Source of the DNA: Candidatus Saccharimonadales bacterium
GTDB taxonomy: Bacteria > Patescibacteriota > Saccharimonadia > Saccharimonadales > UBA10212
Length of the DNA stretch: 64,000 bases
Direction of reading: 5' to 3'
NCBI GenBank assembly: GCA_049521895.1
Contig: JBEKOJ010000001.1
Coordinates: 162,717 to 226,716 of the forward strand
Shown: piece after piece, positions 10,373 to 19,224 of the stretch
Position numbering within the stretch: position 1 is the first letter of the stretch
Layout of the letters: every line of letters begins with the position of its first letter
Notes under the pieces: generated by a model
The model's input: the letters and a program-made list of their open reading frames with translations, nothing else
What the model was told of the DNA's origin: nothing
The model's database searches: none
Translations under genes and position numbers: made by a program

Positions 10373-10906
10373 TTATTGGCCGAGACTATCGGCTCTGGCA
10401 TTTAACACATTTAATATTCCGCGTACATTACCGGCTATAGTATTGACCAGTCCACTAACCGGAGCGGCAATTGCCGCCACAGCCATGCCCCTAAGCTGCT
10501 GCTTATTCGGCAGCGCGGCTAGGACTTTAACATCCTCAGCATCTAGAAAATTGCCGTCATTTGTCAGGGCGCCAACAAATTCTATCTGTGTCTGGGTTTT
10601 GGCGAAGGCCGCTAGATCTTGGGCTGGCGCCACCTCATCCTGTTCGTTGAAAGCATATATTAACTGCCCATGCAGAAAGCCAGTGTCAAGATCTTTATAC
10701 TGCTCATTACCTTCTAGGACTTTCTTAAATAGGCGATTTTTTACCACTCGCACAGATGTATTATTAGCCCCAGCATCACGGCGCAGTTGTTGCATAGCTT
10801 TAACCGACGTACCCTGATATTGGGCGACGACTGTCAGCTTAGAGTCCGCCAATAGTTTAGCGACATCGTTGATGACCTGATTTTTCTTGTCTTTACTGAG
10901 CGCCAT
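10373..10906 (-). CDS. rplJ: 50S ribosomal protein uL10
   Basis: 177 aa with a uL10 pattern (..LTVVAQYQGTSVKAMQQLRR..). Sits immediately upstream of rplL. Confidence 0.93.
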   Translation of the reverse strand: MALSKDKKNQVINDVAKLLADSKLTVVAQYQGTSVKAMQQLRRDAGANNTSVRVVKNRLFKKVLEGNEQYKDLDTGFLHGQLIYAFNEQDEVAPAQDLAAFAKTQTQIEFVGALTNDGNFLDAEDVKVLAALPNKQQLRGMAVAAIAAPVSGLVNTIAGNVRGILNVLNARADSLGQ

Positions 10907-10930
10907 ATTATCTCTTGAGCATTATTTTCT

Positions 10931-10958
10931 ATAAAAAGACCTTGGCGATTTACCAAGG
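10931..10958 (-). terminator. Putative intrinsic attenuator hairpin in the rplJ leader
   Basis: The minus strand reads CCTTGG-taaatcg-CCAAGG followed by TCTTTTTAT, about 25 nt upstream of the rplJ ATG. Confidence 0.45.
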
Positions 10959-11094
10959 ACTACAGAAGATGTCTGCACAACAATACATTGCGCGTTAACC
11001 TCGGTAGCAGATTAAGCCCGCTTGTCGCGGGCAGCTACTGTCTTTGGCAATCTAATAGTAGATTAGCACAACCTGCAACTTCTTACAAGTCCTA
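10959..11094 (-). promoter_or_regulatory. Candidate L10(-L12) autoregulatory leader
   Basis: This 188-nt untranslated gap holds nested stems (GTAGC..GCCCGC-gacaa-GCGGGC..GCTAC) upstream of the attenuator. The position matches known rplJ leaders, but identity was not verified. Confidence 0.35.
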
Positions 11095-13104
11095 TCAATT
11101 CGTCTTTTTAGAGCGTTGCCGGGGCTTTGTTTTTTTATCAGTTTTAGCCTGGGTTAAGCTTAATAACGCCTTGGCCGATTGTTTTTCTAGGGCTGCCGCC
11201 AGGAGAGGGTGTACTTCCCGGACTTTTTCCCTCAAAGCCGCGATTAACTTATCTAAACCGGAGGCTCGCTGAATTGGCGTGCTGGGAAAGAACAGCCTTT
11301 GGGCGTTAGTACTGAACTGCCAGCGCGATTTATGCCCTAGCAAGGCTGCATAAGCGGCCTCTCTACCCCTGTTGGCGGATTGCAATTCGCTAAATAGTTT
11401 CAGGCTCCCATCGAAACATTCGATGAATTCATTTTCCAACCCGACTCGCTCTACCGGTTCAGGTAATTCATAGCCATAACGGGGAGTAGCTGATTGCAAC
11501 CTTGGGTCATCCACCAACCCGCTAGCTATAGCCTCGGATATTGTCGACCGGTCGCTCAAAGCATCCCAACGGTATCGTACTTGCTCCAGTACGCTATTTG
11601 ATGAATCTGCCACCAGAGTACGTAGGGCTGTCTCTTTTCGTTCGTAGGTCCAGCGCTCAACTCCATCAGATAGCTCATTTCTCCCCAAATCGGTATACGG
11701 ATAAATACCATCGACTAGCAGTGAAAATTCACTTCTGGGCCAAAATTCCAACAACTTAAGGGGTTCGCCGGCCAATGCTAAATTAGTGGGTAGATCAGTT
11801 GATTTGAGGAGTGCAGTCAGCTTGCTAGTTGACGGATGTGCATGAGGGACTGCCTCGGCCTTAAACGCAACCCTCAGTATCTTAGCTAAAGCCTTAAATT
11901 CCGGCAGCTGATTAGCTTCTAGTTGTAGCGCGAGTAAATTGATTGACGCAGAGCTGCCGACTACCGTACCAGATGTTAGGGCAGCCAGCGGTATAGTTGG
12001 TTGTAAGCAATGATGGATTAGATCTTCTAGTTTGGGAGTGTTCTGGCTGGCACTCTTCTTTTGCTGCTCAAAAAGTCTAAGTATGCCAGTTTGCATCTGC
12101 CGCTGTAGCACAATGAGTTTCTTCATAGCACTGTTAAAGTTCTTAGCAAGTAACGGGCTTAGGGTCGGCGGTAAGTAATATTGATATTTGCCGTCCTTTG
12201 CGCCCCAGTCCCATGGGTGTTTGAAACGTAGTAATATGCCTGGGGCAGCCTCAATTACGCTGGCGGCTAGTAAGCTTAGTTGGGTAATTTCAACCGTTAA
12301 ATGGTCGCTTTCTGCCTCGGGCGCAGCGGCCGGATGGGTGTGAGGTCTTTCGTGGTCTTCCTCTAATTTAACCACTGTTTTTCTACCCTTATGAGGAGGG
12401 CTGGCTGGCAAGAGTGGCTGAATGACGTCCCAGATTCGGTTATTTATAGTTGGGATATCTAGCAAACGATTTCGCTCGGTACACTCGATGGCTACAAAAT
12501 CCTTCGGAAATAGTTGGCAAAGCAAGTCATAGGCCTTAAGCGTTGCGCGCAAGTGATGGGTGTCTTTCTCGTGCTCGTCTGGTTTGATTCCTGTTTTATG
12601 CGCTCGAGTTTTAATTAAGCGCTCAGCCGTTTCAGTCGGTACTCGTAAGAATAAATTGATATCCGGCCGCGGGATACCCAGCAGGCTGAATTCCAAGCTG
12701 TCAGCCCATACAAAAAATCCTCTCTGTTCAGTCTCATCTTCAAATTTAGATCCTTGGTGGGCCATGTTAGAGCCGGCGTATCTATTGGAGAGAACGATTT
12801 TACCGCGCCTAAGCGCCTGGCGTATCTCTGGTGCTGCCTCATAGCGGTCTAGGGCGTAAAACATTGAAGCTGCATAGGGGTTAATTTGGCTCGCTGGTCC
12901 ATAATGGCCGCCTAGATAGCGCTGTACGAAGTGGCTGGATGGTTGGTCGTACCGCGGAAAATCAAACACCTCGACTTCATAGCCGACAGCTCTTAGCCGC
13001 TCAGCAAGCAAGTTAAACTGGGTGTTCTTACCGGAGCCGTCAGAGCCTTCTAAAACGATGAATTTACCAGGGTATTCTTGCATGACGCTATGCTCATATC
13101 CCAC
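11095..13104 (-). CDS. tmk: Fusion protein: N-terminal thymidylate kinase plus C-terminal ThyX-like (Thy1 fold) region
   Basis: Residues 1-215 match dTMP kinase (FIVLEGSDGSGKNTQ P-loop, DRY motif). The C-terminal ~430 aa carries ThyX-like strings: RYRWDALSDRS (compare RHRxxSxxxxSxR) and REAAYAALLGHKSRWQFSTNAQRL (compare ARxxLPxxxxTxxxxxxNxRxL). Confidence 0.7.
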   Translation of the reverse strand: MGYEHSVMQEYPGKFIVLEGSDGSGKNTQFNLLAERLRAVGYEVEVFDFPRYDQPSSHFVQRYLGGHYGPASQINPYAASMFYALDRYEAAPEIRQALRRGKIVLSNRYAGSNMAHQGSKFEDETEQRGFFVWADSLEFSLLGIPRPDINLFLRVPTETAERLIKTRAHKTGIKPDEHEKDTHHLRATLKAYDLLCQLFPKDFVAIECTERNRLLDIPTINNRIWDVIQPLLPASPPHKGRKTVVKLEEDHERPHTHPAAAPEAESDHLTVEITQLSLLAASVIEAAPGILLRFKHPWDWGAKDGKYQYYLPPTLSPLLAKNFNSAMKKLIVLQRQMQTGILRLFEQQKKSASQNTPKLEDLIHHCLQPTIPLAALTSGTVVGSSASINLLALQLEANQLPEFKALAKILRVAFKAEAVPHAHPSTSKLTALLKSTDLPTNLALAGEPLKLLEFWPRSEFSLLVDGIYPYTDLGRNELSDGVERWTYERKETALRTLVADSSNSVLEQVRYRWDALSDRSTISEAIASGLVDDPRLQSATPRYGYELPEPVERVGLENEFIECFDGSLKLFSELQSANRGREAAYAALLGHKSRWQFSTNAQRLFFPSTPIQRASGLDKLIAALREKVREVHPLLAAALEKQSAKALLSLTQAKTDKKTKPRQRSKKTN

Positions 13105-13105
13105 T

Positions 13106-13831
13106 CTAGTAAGTTCTTAGCCCTTTGATTGCTTTAGGCATACTACGCTTGTCCATATAGGCTTTGGGCAGCATTTGCTCCGGCCGCCAGCGTTTAATAA
13201 TAGTTTTTAAGTCACTACCCTGCTGGTATTTACCGCTAAATCCGTGGCTCCGCCCTTCGCCATATGTCCCCTTAACCGGCCCCGTGTGATGAAAGACAGC
13301 TTGACCGATACGTTCGCCCACTGGTAAAAGCACTATATCTTTATGATTAAGGTTATATATTTCAAGTGTTAGGCGGTTGATATAGCCAGGATCAACCCAG
13401 CCAGCGTCAAAACATACGGCGATACCGTTGCGGCCCCAGCTGGAGCGCGATTTTAGCTCGTATGCACCGGGGGGATGGATGCCAAAAAACTCGTGCGTAT
13501 GGGCTAAGATGCGTTCGCCGGGTTTAAGTGGTATTACCGGCTGGTTAGGTGGGATGCCTTTCAGGAGCTTTATGCCATTTCCGTCGCACCAATCCTTGTG
13601 GTCTATGGCCACGTACGGCCCGCTGAAGTAGCGTTCTACGTCAAGCTCATCAAAGGGGTTGTACAGGGTGTGATCACCCGTGCGCTCGGTGCGGTAGTAA
13701 TAATAGCCCAGCGTTATATCCAGGCTGGCATGGGCTACATGCTTTGGATTGAAAGGCTCACAGATTATATGACCTGTCTTAACAGCCTCTCTGATCTGTG
13801 TGTTGCTGTATACCCCCATGTGTCTAATCAA
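13106..13831 (-). CDS. dcd: dCTP deaminase-like protein (dUTPase superfamily)
   Basis: ..IICEPFNPKHVAHASLDITLG.. and ..GWVDPGYINRLTLEIYN.. are Dcd/Dut-fold motifs. The start is uncertain: TTG at 13831 or ATG at 13819. Confidence 0.8.
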   Translation of the reverse strand: MIRHMGVYSNTQIREAVKTGHIICEPFNPKHVAHASLDITLGYYYYRTERTGDHTLYNPFDELDVERYFSGPYVAIDHKDWCDGNGIKLLKGIPPNQPVIPLKPGERILAHTHEFFGIHPPGAYELKSRSSWGRNGIAVCFDAGWVDPGYINRLTLEIYNLNHKDIVLLPVGERIGQAVFHHTGPVKGTYGEGRSHGFSGKYQQGSDLKTIIKRWRPEQMLPKAYMDKRSMPKAIKGLRTY

Positions 13832-13891
13832 ACCTCTTTAATAATAGTTTATAGAAATTGGCAATAGCGGGCAACCAAAATATGTTGTAGT

Positions 13892-14887
13892 TTAAGAGTT
13901 ATTCAGATTGATTTTGATGGATGGGCCCATGGTTGTGGCTAGATAAACGGATTTTATATAGCTTCCCTTAATGCCCGCAGGCTTGGCGGCTCGAAGACTT
14001 GCAAGTATTGCCTCTACATTATTGGTCAATTTGTCGGCCCCGAAACTTACTTTACCGATTCCTGCATGAACGATGCCAGCTTGGTCGATACGGTATTCTA
14101 CACGGCCAGCCCTGGCTTCTAGCACAGCCTTAGCTATATCCGTAGTTATGGTGCCGCTTTTAGAATTGGGCATTAAGCCTCGCGGCCCGAGCAAGCGGGC
14201 ATATTTACCCAGTCGGGGCATCAGGGCGGGAGTAGTAATCAAGATGTCAAAATCCAGTTGCTCTTTGTCCAGTTGAGCCAGTATGTCTTCATTGCCAGCT
14301 AAAGAAGCGCCGGCTGTTTTTGCCTTAGAGGCATCTGTAGGCTCTGCTAGAACGGCTATGCGTAGTTTTTTACCGGTACCAGCAGGCAAAATTACTGTTC
14401 CGCGCACGTTTTGCTCGGATTGGGTAGGGTCAACCCCAAGATTGGCGTGCATTTCGACTGTGGCGTCAAATTTTGTAGGACTGGTATTTGTTATTAATTC
14501 TAGGGCCTCCTTGAGACCGTAGTTTTTGGTTCGGTCCACCAGCTTAGCAACCTCACGGTATTTCTTGCCGGCACGTTCCGTACGGCTGCGAGGTGGGGTT
14601 TTTTTAGTCAGCTTTTTAGCAACCTCGATTTCGGCGGCCGTTTTGGATACTTTGCGGGCTTCTTTGGTTTGTTTTTCTTCAGCTTCAGCTGTCGCCTTAG
14701 CGCTACGTTTTCCGGCTTTAGCAAAAGGTTTTATAATCTCTTTGGCCACAGCATCGGTTTTTGTGGCTCCGAGGACTTCCTTCGCTGCCTTTAGCTCTTT
14801 AGTTGATTTGGTTTTCTTGACCATAGCATCAGACTCAACTTGCACTGCGTCGGTGCTGGATTTCACTTTGCTAGCTTTCTCTACCAT
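13892..14887 (-). CDS. rplA: 50S ribosomal protein uL1 with about 100-aa K/A/E-rich N-terminal extension
   Basis: The core from about residue 105 (..KYREVAKLVDRTKNYGLKEALELI..NVRGTVILPAGTGKK..) is canonical uL1, and the gene follows rplK. Confidence 0.93.
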   Translation of the reverse strand: MVEKASKVKSSTDAVQVESDAMVKKTKSTKELKAAKEVLGATKTDAVAKEIIKPFAKAGKRSAKATAEAEEKQTKEARKVSKTAAEIEVAKKLTKKTPPRSRTERAGKKYREVAKLVDRTKNYGLKEALELITNTSPTKFDATVEMHANLGVDPTQSEQNVRGTVILPAGTGKKLRIAVLAEPTDASKAKTAGASLAGNEDILAQLDKEQLDFDILITTPALMPRLGKYARLLGPRGLMPNSKSGTITTDIAKAVLEARAGRVEYRIDQAGIVHAGIGKVSFGADKLTNNVEAILASLRAAKPAGIKGSYIKSVYLATTMGPSIKINLNNS

Positions 14888-14949
14888 AATCTATCCTTCC
14901 GTGGTGCAAACGTCCGTCCGAGACGGACTCTCACAAATTACTTGACTTG

Positions 14950-15381
14950 TTAACTTTCTATCTCAATGCCCATGCTGCGGGCAGTACCAGCAACCATTTT
15001 TTTAATGGTTTCAATGTCTTCTGTGTTCATATCCTCGGCTTTAGCTTGGGCGATTTCGGTTAGCTGCGATTGGCTGAGCTTTTTCTCCAGCTTGGCTTTG
15101 TTGGGCTCACCAGAACCTTTCTCCTCTTTTAGGGCGGCTAAGATCAGTTCGTCTGTCGGCGTACCGACAACTCGCCAGTTCATACTCCTATCATCATAAA
15201 TGGTTATATGCACTGTCAACATTTGCCCCATGCGGTCTTTGGTCTGCTCGTTAAAAGGATTTACGAAGTCCATTATGTTCACGCCGTATTGGCCCAAGCT
15301 GGATCCCACTGGTGGCCCGGCACTAGCCTGTCCGCCGCGGATTTTCAATTTTAGATTTGCTTTAACTTCTTTAGCCATCAA
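14950..15381 (-). CDS. rplK: 50S ribosomal protein uL11
   Basis: 143 aa. ..GGQASAGPPVGSSLGQYGVNIMDFVNPFNEQT.. is canonical uL11. Confidence 0.96.
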   Translation of the reverse strand: MMAKEVKANLKLKIRGGQASAGPPVGSSLGQYGVNIMDFVNPFNEQTKDRMGQMLTVHITIYDDRSMNWRVVGTPTDELILAALKEEKGSGEPNKAKLEKKLSQSQLTEIAQAKAEDMNTEDIETIKKMVAGTARSMGIEIES

Positions 15382-15401
15382 AAGCTCCTTTCGGTCGCTT
15401 T

Positions 15402-15476
15402 AGGAACTAGAAACAAGGAACTAGGAACTAGTTTCAGCGCGATTCGCTTGTTGCTTGTTACTTGTTTCATGTTGCT
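15402..15476. repeat. Low-complexity quasi-palindromic spacer repeat, family B (GGAACTAG arm)
   Basis: The arm aggaactagaaacaaggaactaggaactag (29/30 identical to 26242-26271) faces cttgttgcttgttacttgtttcatgttgc. It fills the nusG-rplK spacer. Confidence 0.65.
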
Positions 15477-15479
15477 CGT

Positions 15480-16022
15480 TTAGACTCTTTTCACCTGAAG
15501 GCCATCCAGCTCTACTGGAGTTTCGCGGCCAAACATATTAACCAGTACTTTTAATTTACCTTTTTGGGCGTCAATCTCGTTTATAGTGCCGTCAAAGCCC
15601 TTAAATGGCCCGTCTATGATGTTGACCACTTCGCCGATCTGGTAATCAAACTTGTGCTTGGGTTCTTCGCGGCCCATGCGCTTCATGATTTTAGCAATTT
15701 CTTCGGGCTCTACGGGCGTCGGTTCGGTACCGGTACCAACAAAACCAGTGACATTAGGTGTATTGCGGACAATATACCAAGCGTCCTCAGATAACTTCAT
15801 CTCTACCAACACATAGCCCTGGAAGATACGTTTTTCGACAATTTTGCGCTTGCCATTTTTGATTTCTATCATCTTTTCCTTGGGGACCAGCACCTGAAAA
15901 ATTTTATCCCCCATATCTAAGCTTTCCGCACGTTGGCGGATACTCTCGGCTACTTTTTCCTCATAGCCACTGTAGGTATGGATAGCGTACCACTGCTTGG
16001 TTGAATCGTATCGTTTGGCCAT
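15480..16022 (-). CDS. nusG: Transcription termination/antitermination factor NusG
   Basis: The NGN domain (WYAIHTYSGYEEKV) and KOW domain (GEVVNIIDGPFKGFDGTINEID) are both present. Confidence 0.95.
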   Translation of the reverse strand: MAKRYDSTKQWYAIHTYSGYEEKVAESIRQRAESLDMGDKIFQVLVPKEKMIEIKNGKRKIVEKRIFQGYVLVEMKLSEDAWYIVRNTPNVTGFVGTGTEPTPVEPEEIAKIMKRMGREEPKHKFDYQIGEVVNIIDGPFKGFDGTINEIDAQKGKLKVLVNMFGRETPVELDGLQVKRV

Positions 16023-16026
16023 GTTA

Positions 16027-16455
16027 TTACTCTTTTAAAATCACTTTCTTGAATAGTGCATCCAGCCCCGTATCTACACCGTAAACTAAAGCACCAAACA
16101 CGATGGCAAAAATAAATACCGCGCCTGTCAGCCGCCAGGTTTCGCGCCTGCTGGGCCAGGTAACTTGCCGTACTTCACGCCAGGCATTCACAAAATAGCG
16201 CGGCGCTAGCCAGCGAAGCACCCTGCCGATTTTAGCTACCACTAGTGCTATGGGGCCGGGTAGCTTAACCGACGGGGGTTTTATTTTTTTTAGAGGAGCT
16301 TTAGCCTTCGTTAATAGCGGTTTTACGCGCCCTGGCCTGGATTTTTTTTCAGCCTCAGCTTGCGCGATCTCTACCCGCTCGCGGATGGTCGGTGCAGTTT
16401 TCCTAATCCGCGGCCTGGCTTTTGGTGATTCTTCAGCCGGTGATTCTTCAGCCAA
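16027..16455 (-). CDS. secE: Preprotein translocase subunit SecE (extended basic N-terminus, TTG start)
   Basis: The C-terminal TM segment and ..EVRQVTWPSRRET.. are the SecE signature, and the gene lies upstream of nusG. Confidence 0.85.
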   Translation of the reverse strand: MAEESPAEESPKARPRIRKTAPTIRERVEIAQAEAEKKSRPGRVKPLLTKAKAPLKKIKPPSVKLPGPIALVVAKIGRVLRWLAPRYFVNAWREVRQVTWPSRRETWRLTGAVFIFAIVFGALVYGVDTGLDALFKKVILKE

Positions 16456-16473
16456 AACAAACTCTCCTCTTGA

Positions 16474-16501
16474 CTTAAATAAGCCTACTTTATAAGTAGG
16501 C
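16474..16501 (-). terminator. Putative intrinsic terminator after the histidine kinase gene
   Basis: The minus strand reads GCCTACTT-ata-AAGTAGGC followed by TTATTTAAG. Confidence 0.45.
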
Positions 16502-16561
16502 CACTGCTGTCAATAGTACCGTATATAGCTCACCGGCGCAAGGGGTAACTTAATTCCCGGG

Positions 16562-17668
16562 CTAAGACGGTGCGTCCGGTATAAAAATTCTGAAGGTACT
16601 GCCTTCGTTCAGCTCGCTCTCCATTTGGACAGTGGCACCAAGCAACTTGACCAGCTTTGAGGTGATGTATAGCCCCAGCCCGGTGCCACTGACTGTTTTA
16701 ACTCGCCGGTCATCGCTCCTGAAGAATTTATCAAACAATTTTCCTTGATCACTTTTACTGATACCAATCCCGGTATCAACCACGGCAAATTCCACTCCGT
16801 CGTTAAGCCTAGAAGCAGAAACTACTATGCCGCCATCTTCGGTGTATTTTAGAGCGTTGGTTACGAAGTTTTGTAGTATTTCGCGCACGTATAGCCGGCT
16901 ACTGCGCAGAATACTGCTATCTGGTGCGAGATTAGCCTGCAGCGTCAGGCGCTTCCTGTCGGCCTCCGGCTCGTAATCGTGGACCAGCGAATTAACCAAT
17001 TCCGCTACGCTAATTTCTTCGACTGTTAGAGCTAATTTGCCGCGCTCAGCACGCGACAGCATCGATAAGTCGTTAATCAAGTTGCCCAAAAAAACAATTT
17101 GATCGTGGGCGGCAGATAGTGTTTGTTTGATGGTGTTGCTAGTACCTGTTCGTTCGGCCAGCAGCTGGGCATTACTGACATTGCCCTCCGCAATAGCTAC
17201 GGGTGTCCGCAGCTCATGGCTAGCAACGCTTACAAACTCTTCGCGTTCCTCTTCCAAAGATTTTTCCTTAGTAACATCGCGGAAGATAAGTACGTAACTT
17301 TCCGTATTACCAGAGCCAAACCTTCTTTGCACTGGCGAGCAGCTAAAATAAAGATTGATGGAACTACCGTCTGTATATCGCAACCGCCAATTACTGTTGT
17401 TGAACGACGAGGCCTTATTAAGAATCGCTATCGTGATGTCCACTGGCCTGCCGGCTTTATCTATTAGATGGAAGGTATCACTCAGGCGTTTACCTAACAG
17501 GTTGTTAGCATCTAGCAGATCTAACGCTACACTGTTACTAAGTGTAATAATGCCGCTCTTGTCGACAGCCAGCACCGCATCAGTCATGTTATTGAGTAGG
17601 ACGCTTAAGCGCTTGTGGTCTAACGTCCGATCCGTTTTAGTTGGCGGTAGCGATTTTCGAAATTGCAT
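16562..17668 (-). CDS. Cytoplasmic PAS-domain sensor histidine kinase
   Basis: Has the H-box SHELRTP, N-box NALKYT and G-boxes DTGIGI and GTGLGL. There is no TM segment and no response regulator nearby. Confidence 0.88.
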   Translation of the reverse strand: MQFRKSLPPTKTDRTLDHKRLSVLLNNMTDAVLAVDKSGIITLSNSVALDLLDANNLLGKRLSDTFHLIDKAGRPVDITIAILNKASSFNNSNWRLRYTDGSSINLYFSCSPVQRRFGSGNTESYVLIFRDVTKEKSLEEEREEFVSVASHELRTPVAIAEGNVSNAQLLAERTGTSNTIKQTLSAAHDQIVFLGNLINDLSMLSRAERGKLALTVEEISVAELVNSLVHDYEPEADRKRLTLQANLAPDSSILRSSRLYVREILQNFVTNALKYTEDGGIVVSASRLNDGVEFAVVDTGIGISKSDQGKLFDKFFRSDDRRVKTVSGTGLGLYITSKLVKLLGATVQMESELNEGSTFRIFIPDAPS

Positions 17669-17700
17669 AATTTATCTACAATTATGCCATAAAGCTTATG

Positions 17701-18405
17701 CTAAAGCGCTTGTATAGTAGGTTTGTAGGCTCGAATTTGTTTTTGTAGTGACTTAGCATCTGGTAACACCCTCTTAAAGGCTTGCCAAAAATCTGGGCCG
17801 TGGTGTAGATGTTCGGTATGCACTAGTTCGTGCAGAAGCACATAGTCAACGAGCTCCCACGGAAGTTGTACTAGGTAATAACTTAGAGTAATTGTGCGGT
17901 TTTTTGAGCAACTGCCCCACCTTGAGACCAGTTTACGGACACGCACTTCTTGGTATTTAAAACCGTACTCTTGGGCCAGTGACTCTACGCGCTTAGGTAA
18001 AAAGAACAAAGCTTCTGACCGCAGAGCTTTGTTACAAGCCAGCTGTAATTTTTCCTGGACTTCCGAGCTATCAGCTGTTAGCTTGGTATTCACTTCTATA
18101 GCTTTGTCTTTTACGCGAATTTTAATGTTGTCCGATGTGCTGTTTTGGCTAAAAACTACTTTATGTAACTTACCGATCCGGGCGCCCGGCATAATCAGCT
18201 GTAACTGATGATCCGCCAGCTGTTTAAGTATCCAGTCTCGCTGGTTACCTGCAAAGACCACGCCCATGGAATAAGGCGTCCAAGCCGGGAGGCTCACCTT
18301 GATTTGGCCCCGGGTGCTAATACTGAGGCGCAGGTGTTTGGCGCCACGCCGTTTGGATAATAGCACCTTACCGACCCCAGGGATTAAAACTGTCCGGTTG
18401 GACAT
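17701..18405 (-). CDS. YgjP/DUF45-type metal-dependent hydrolase (HExxH)
   Basis: The C-terminal motif LLHELVHTEHLHHGPDFW is typical of the DUF45/M48-like family. Confidence 0.75.
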   Translation of the reverse strand: MSNRTVLIPGVGKVLLSKRRGAKHLRLSISTRGQIKVSLPAWTPYSMGVVFAGNQRDWILKQLADHQLQLIMPGARIGKLHKVVFSQNSTSDNIKIRVKDKAIEVNTKLTADSSEVQEKLQLACNKALRSEALFFLPKRVESLAQEYGFKYQEVRVRKLVSRWGSCSKNRTITLSYYLVQLPWELVDYVLLHELVHTEHLHHGPDFWQAFKRVLPDAKSLQKQIRAYKPTIQAL

Positions 18406-19064
18406 TAGCTAATCGTTATGTTGCGTCTGCTAAGGTCAACCCTTCCAGCGTGCGGATTGGGAATCAAATTAATAAGACCGGGCTTGGTCAAGGAGCCCTG
18501 CAAAGAACTGCTATTCGTCAGTCCCATCTGATAAAGCCGATTGATGATACTGGCTTTCTGGGTCGCAAACGAGTGTTTACCGCTGATCACTAAATAATCT
18601 TCAGTTTTCGGATTTTGCATACCGGCAATATTGCTGTCAAAAGTTGTACGTGTCTGTGGCTCAGCGTATTTATCGTCACTGGTTCGCCGATCGCGCTCCT
18701 GAGTTCGGACATAAGCACTATCTAAATCTATTTGCAACCAGATTAATAAGTATTCAGCATTGTGCTTGCGAGCTAGTTCGCGCAATTTATGGCGTTGGGC
18801 TACACGCACGGCATTGGCGTCGTAAACTACGCTCACACCGGCATCGAGGAATTCCTCAGTCATATAGTTCATTAGGTGAGCGATAACGGCATTTTCTTGA
18901 TTGTCATAGCGCGGTCGTTCAAAAAGCTCACGCCTGACGCGGTCGGCGCTGACATTGATTATCTGGATTTCACTGGTCAGGTTACGCGCCACATAGCTTT
19001 TCCCTGAACCGGGAAACCCATAAAGGCAAATTAGAACTGGTTTACTGAGTGTTATCTTTGCCAT
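18405..19064 (-). CDS. P-loop kinase/ATPase (AAA_33 / zeta-toxin-like fold)
   Basis: Has Walker A LYGFPGSGKSY and is 219 aa long. A 1-nt overlap couples it to the downstream DUF45 gene. Confidence 0.6.
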   Translation of the reverse strand: MAKITLSKPVLICLYGFPGSGKSYVARNLTSEIQIINVSADRVRRELFERPRYDNQENAVIAHLMNYMTEEFLDAGVSVVYDANAVRVAQRHKLRELARKHNAEYLLIWLQIDLDSAYVRTQERDRRTSDDKYAEPQTRTTFDSNIAGMQNPKTEDYLVISGKHSFATQKASIINRLYQMGLTNSSSLQGSLTKPGLINLIPNPHAGRVDLSRRNITIS

Positions 19065-19121
19065 CAGATTGATAGTATCATCGCCGTATCTTAATATAAA
19101 GTGTTAACGCTTCTCTGAATA

Positions 19122-19196
19122 TGGCAGGGGCACGTGGAATCGAACCACGATCTAGGGTTTTGGAGACCCTTATACTAGCCGTTGTACTATGCCCCT
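19122..19196 (-). tRNA. trnW: tRNA-Trp (anticodon CCA), CCA end encoded
   Basis: Manual cloverleaf: acceptor AGGGGCA/TGCCCCT, anticodon arm AGGGT-CTCCAAA-ACCCT, T arm CGTGG-TTCGATT-CCACG. Confidence 0.92.
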
Positions 19197-19224
19197 TCGT
19201 CGGAATCGACATGTTAGAATTATA

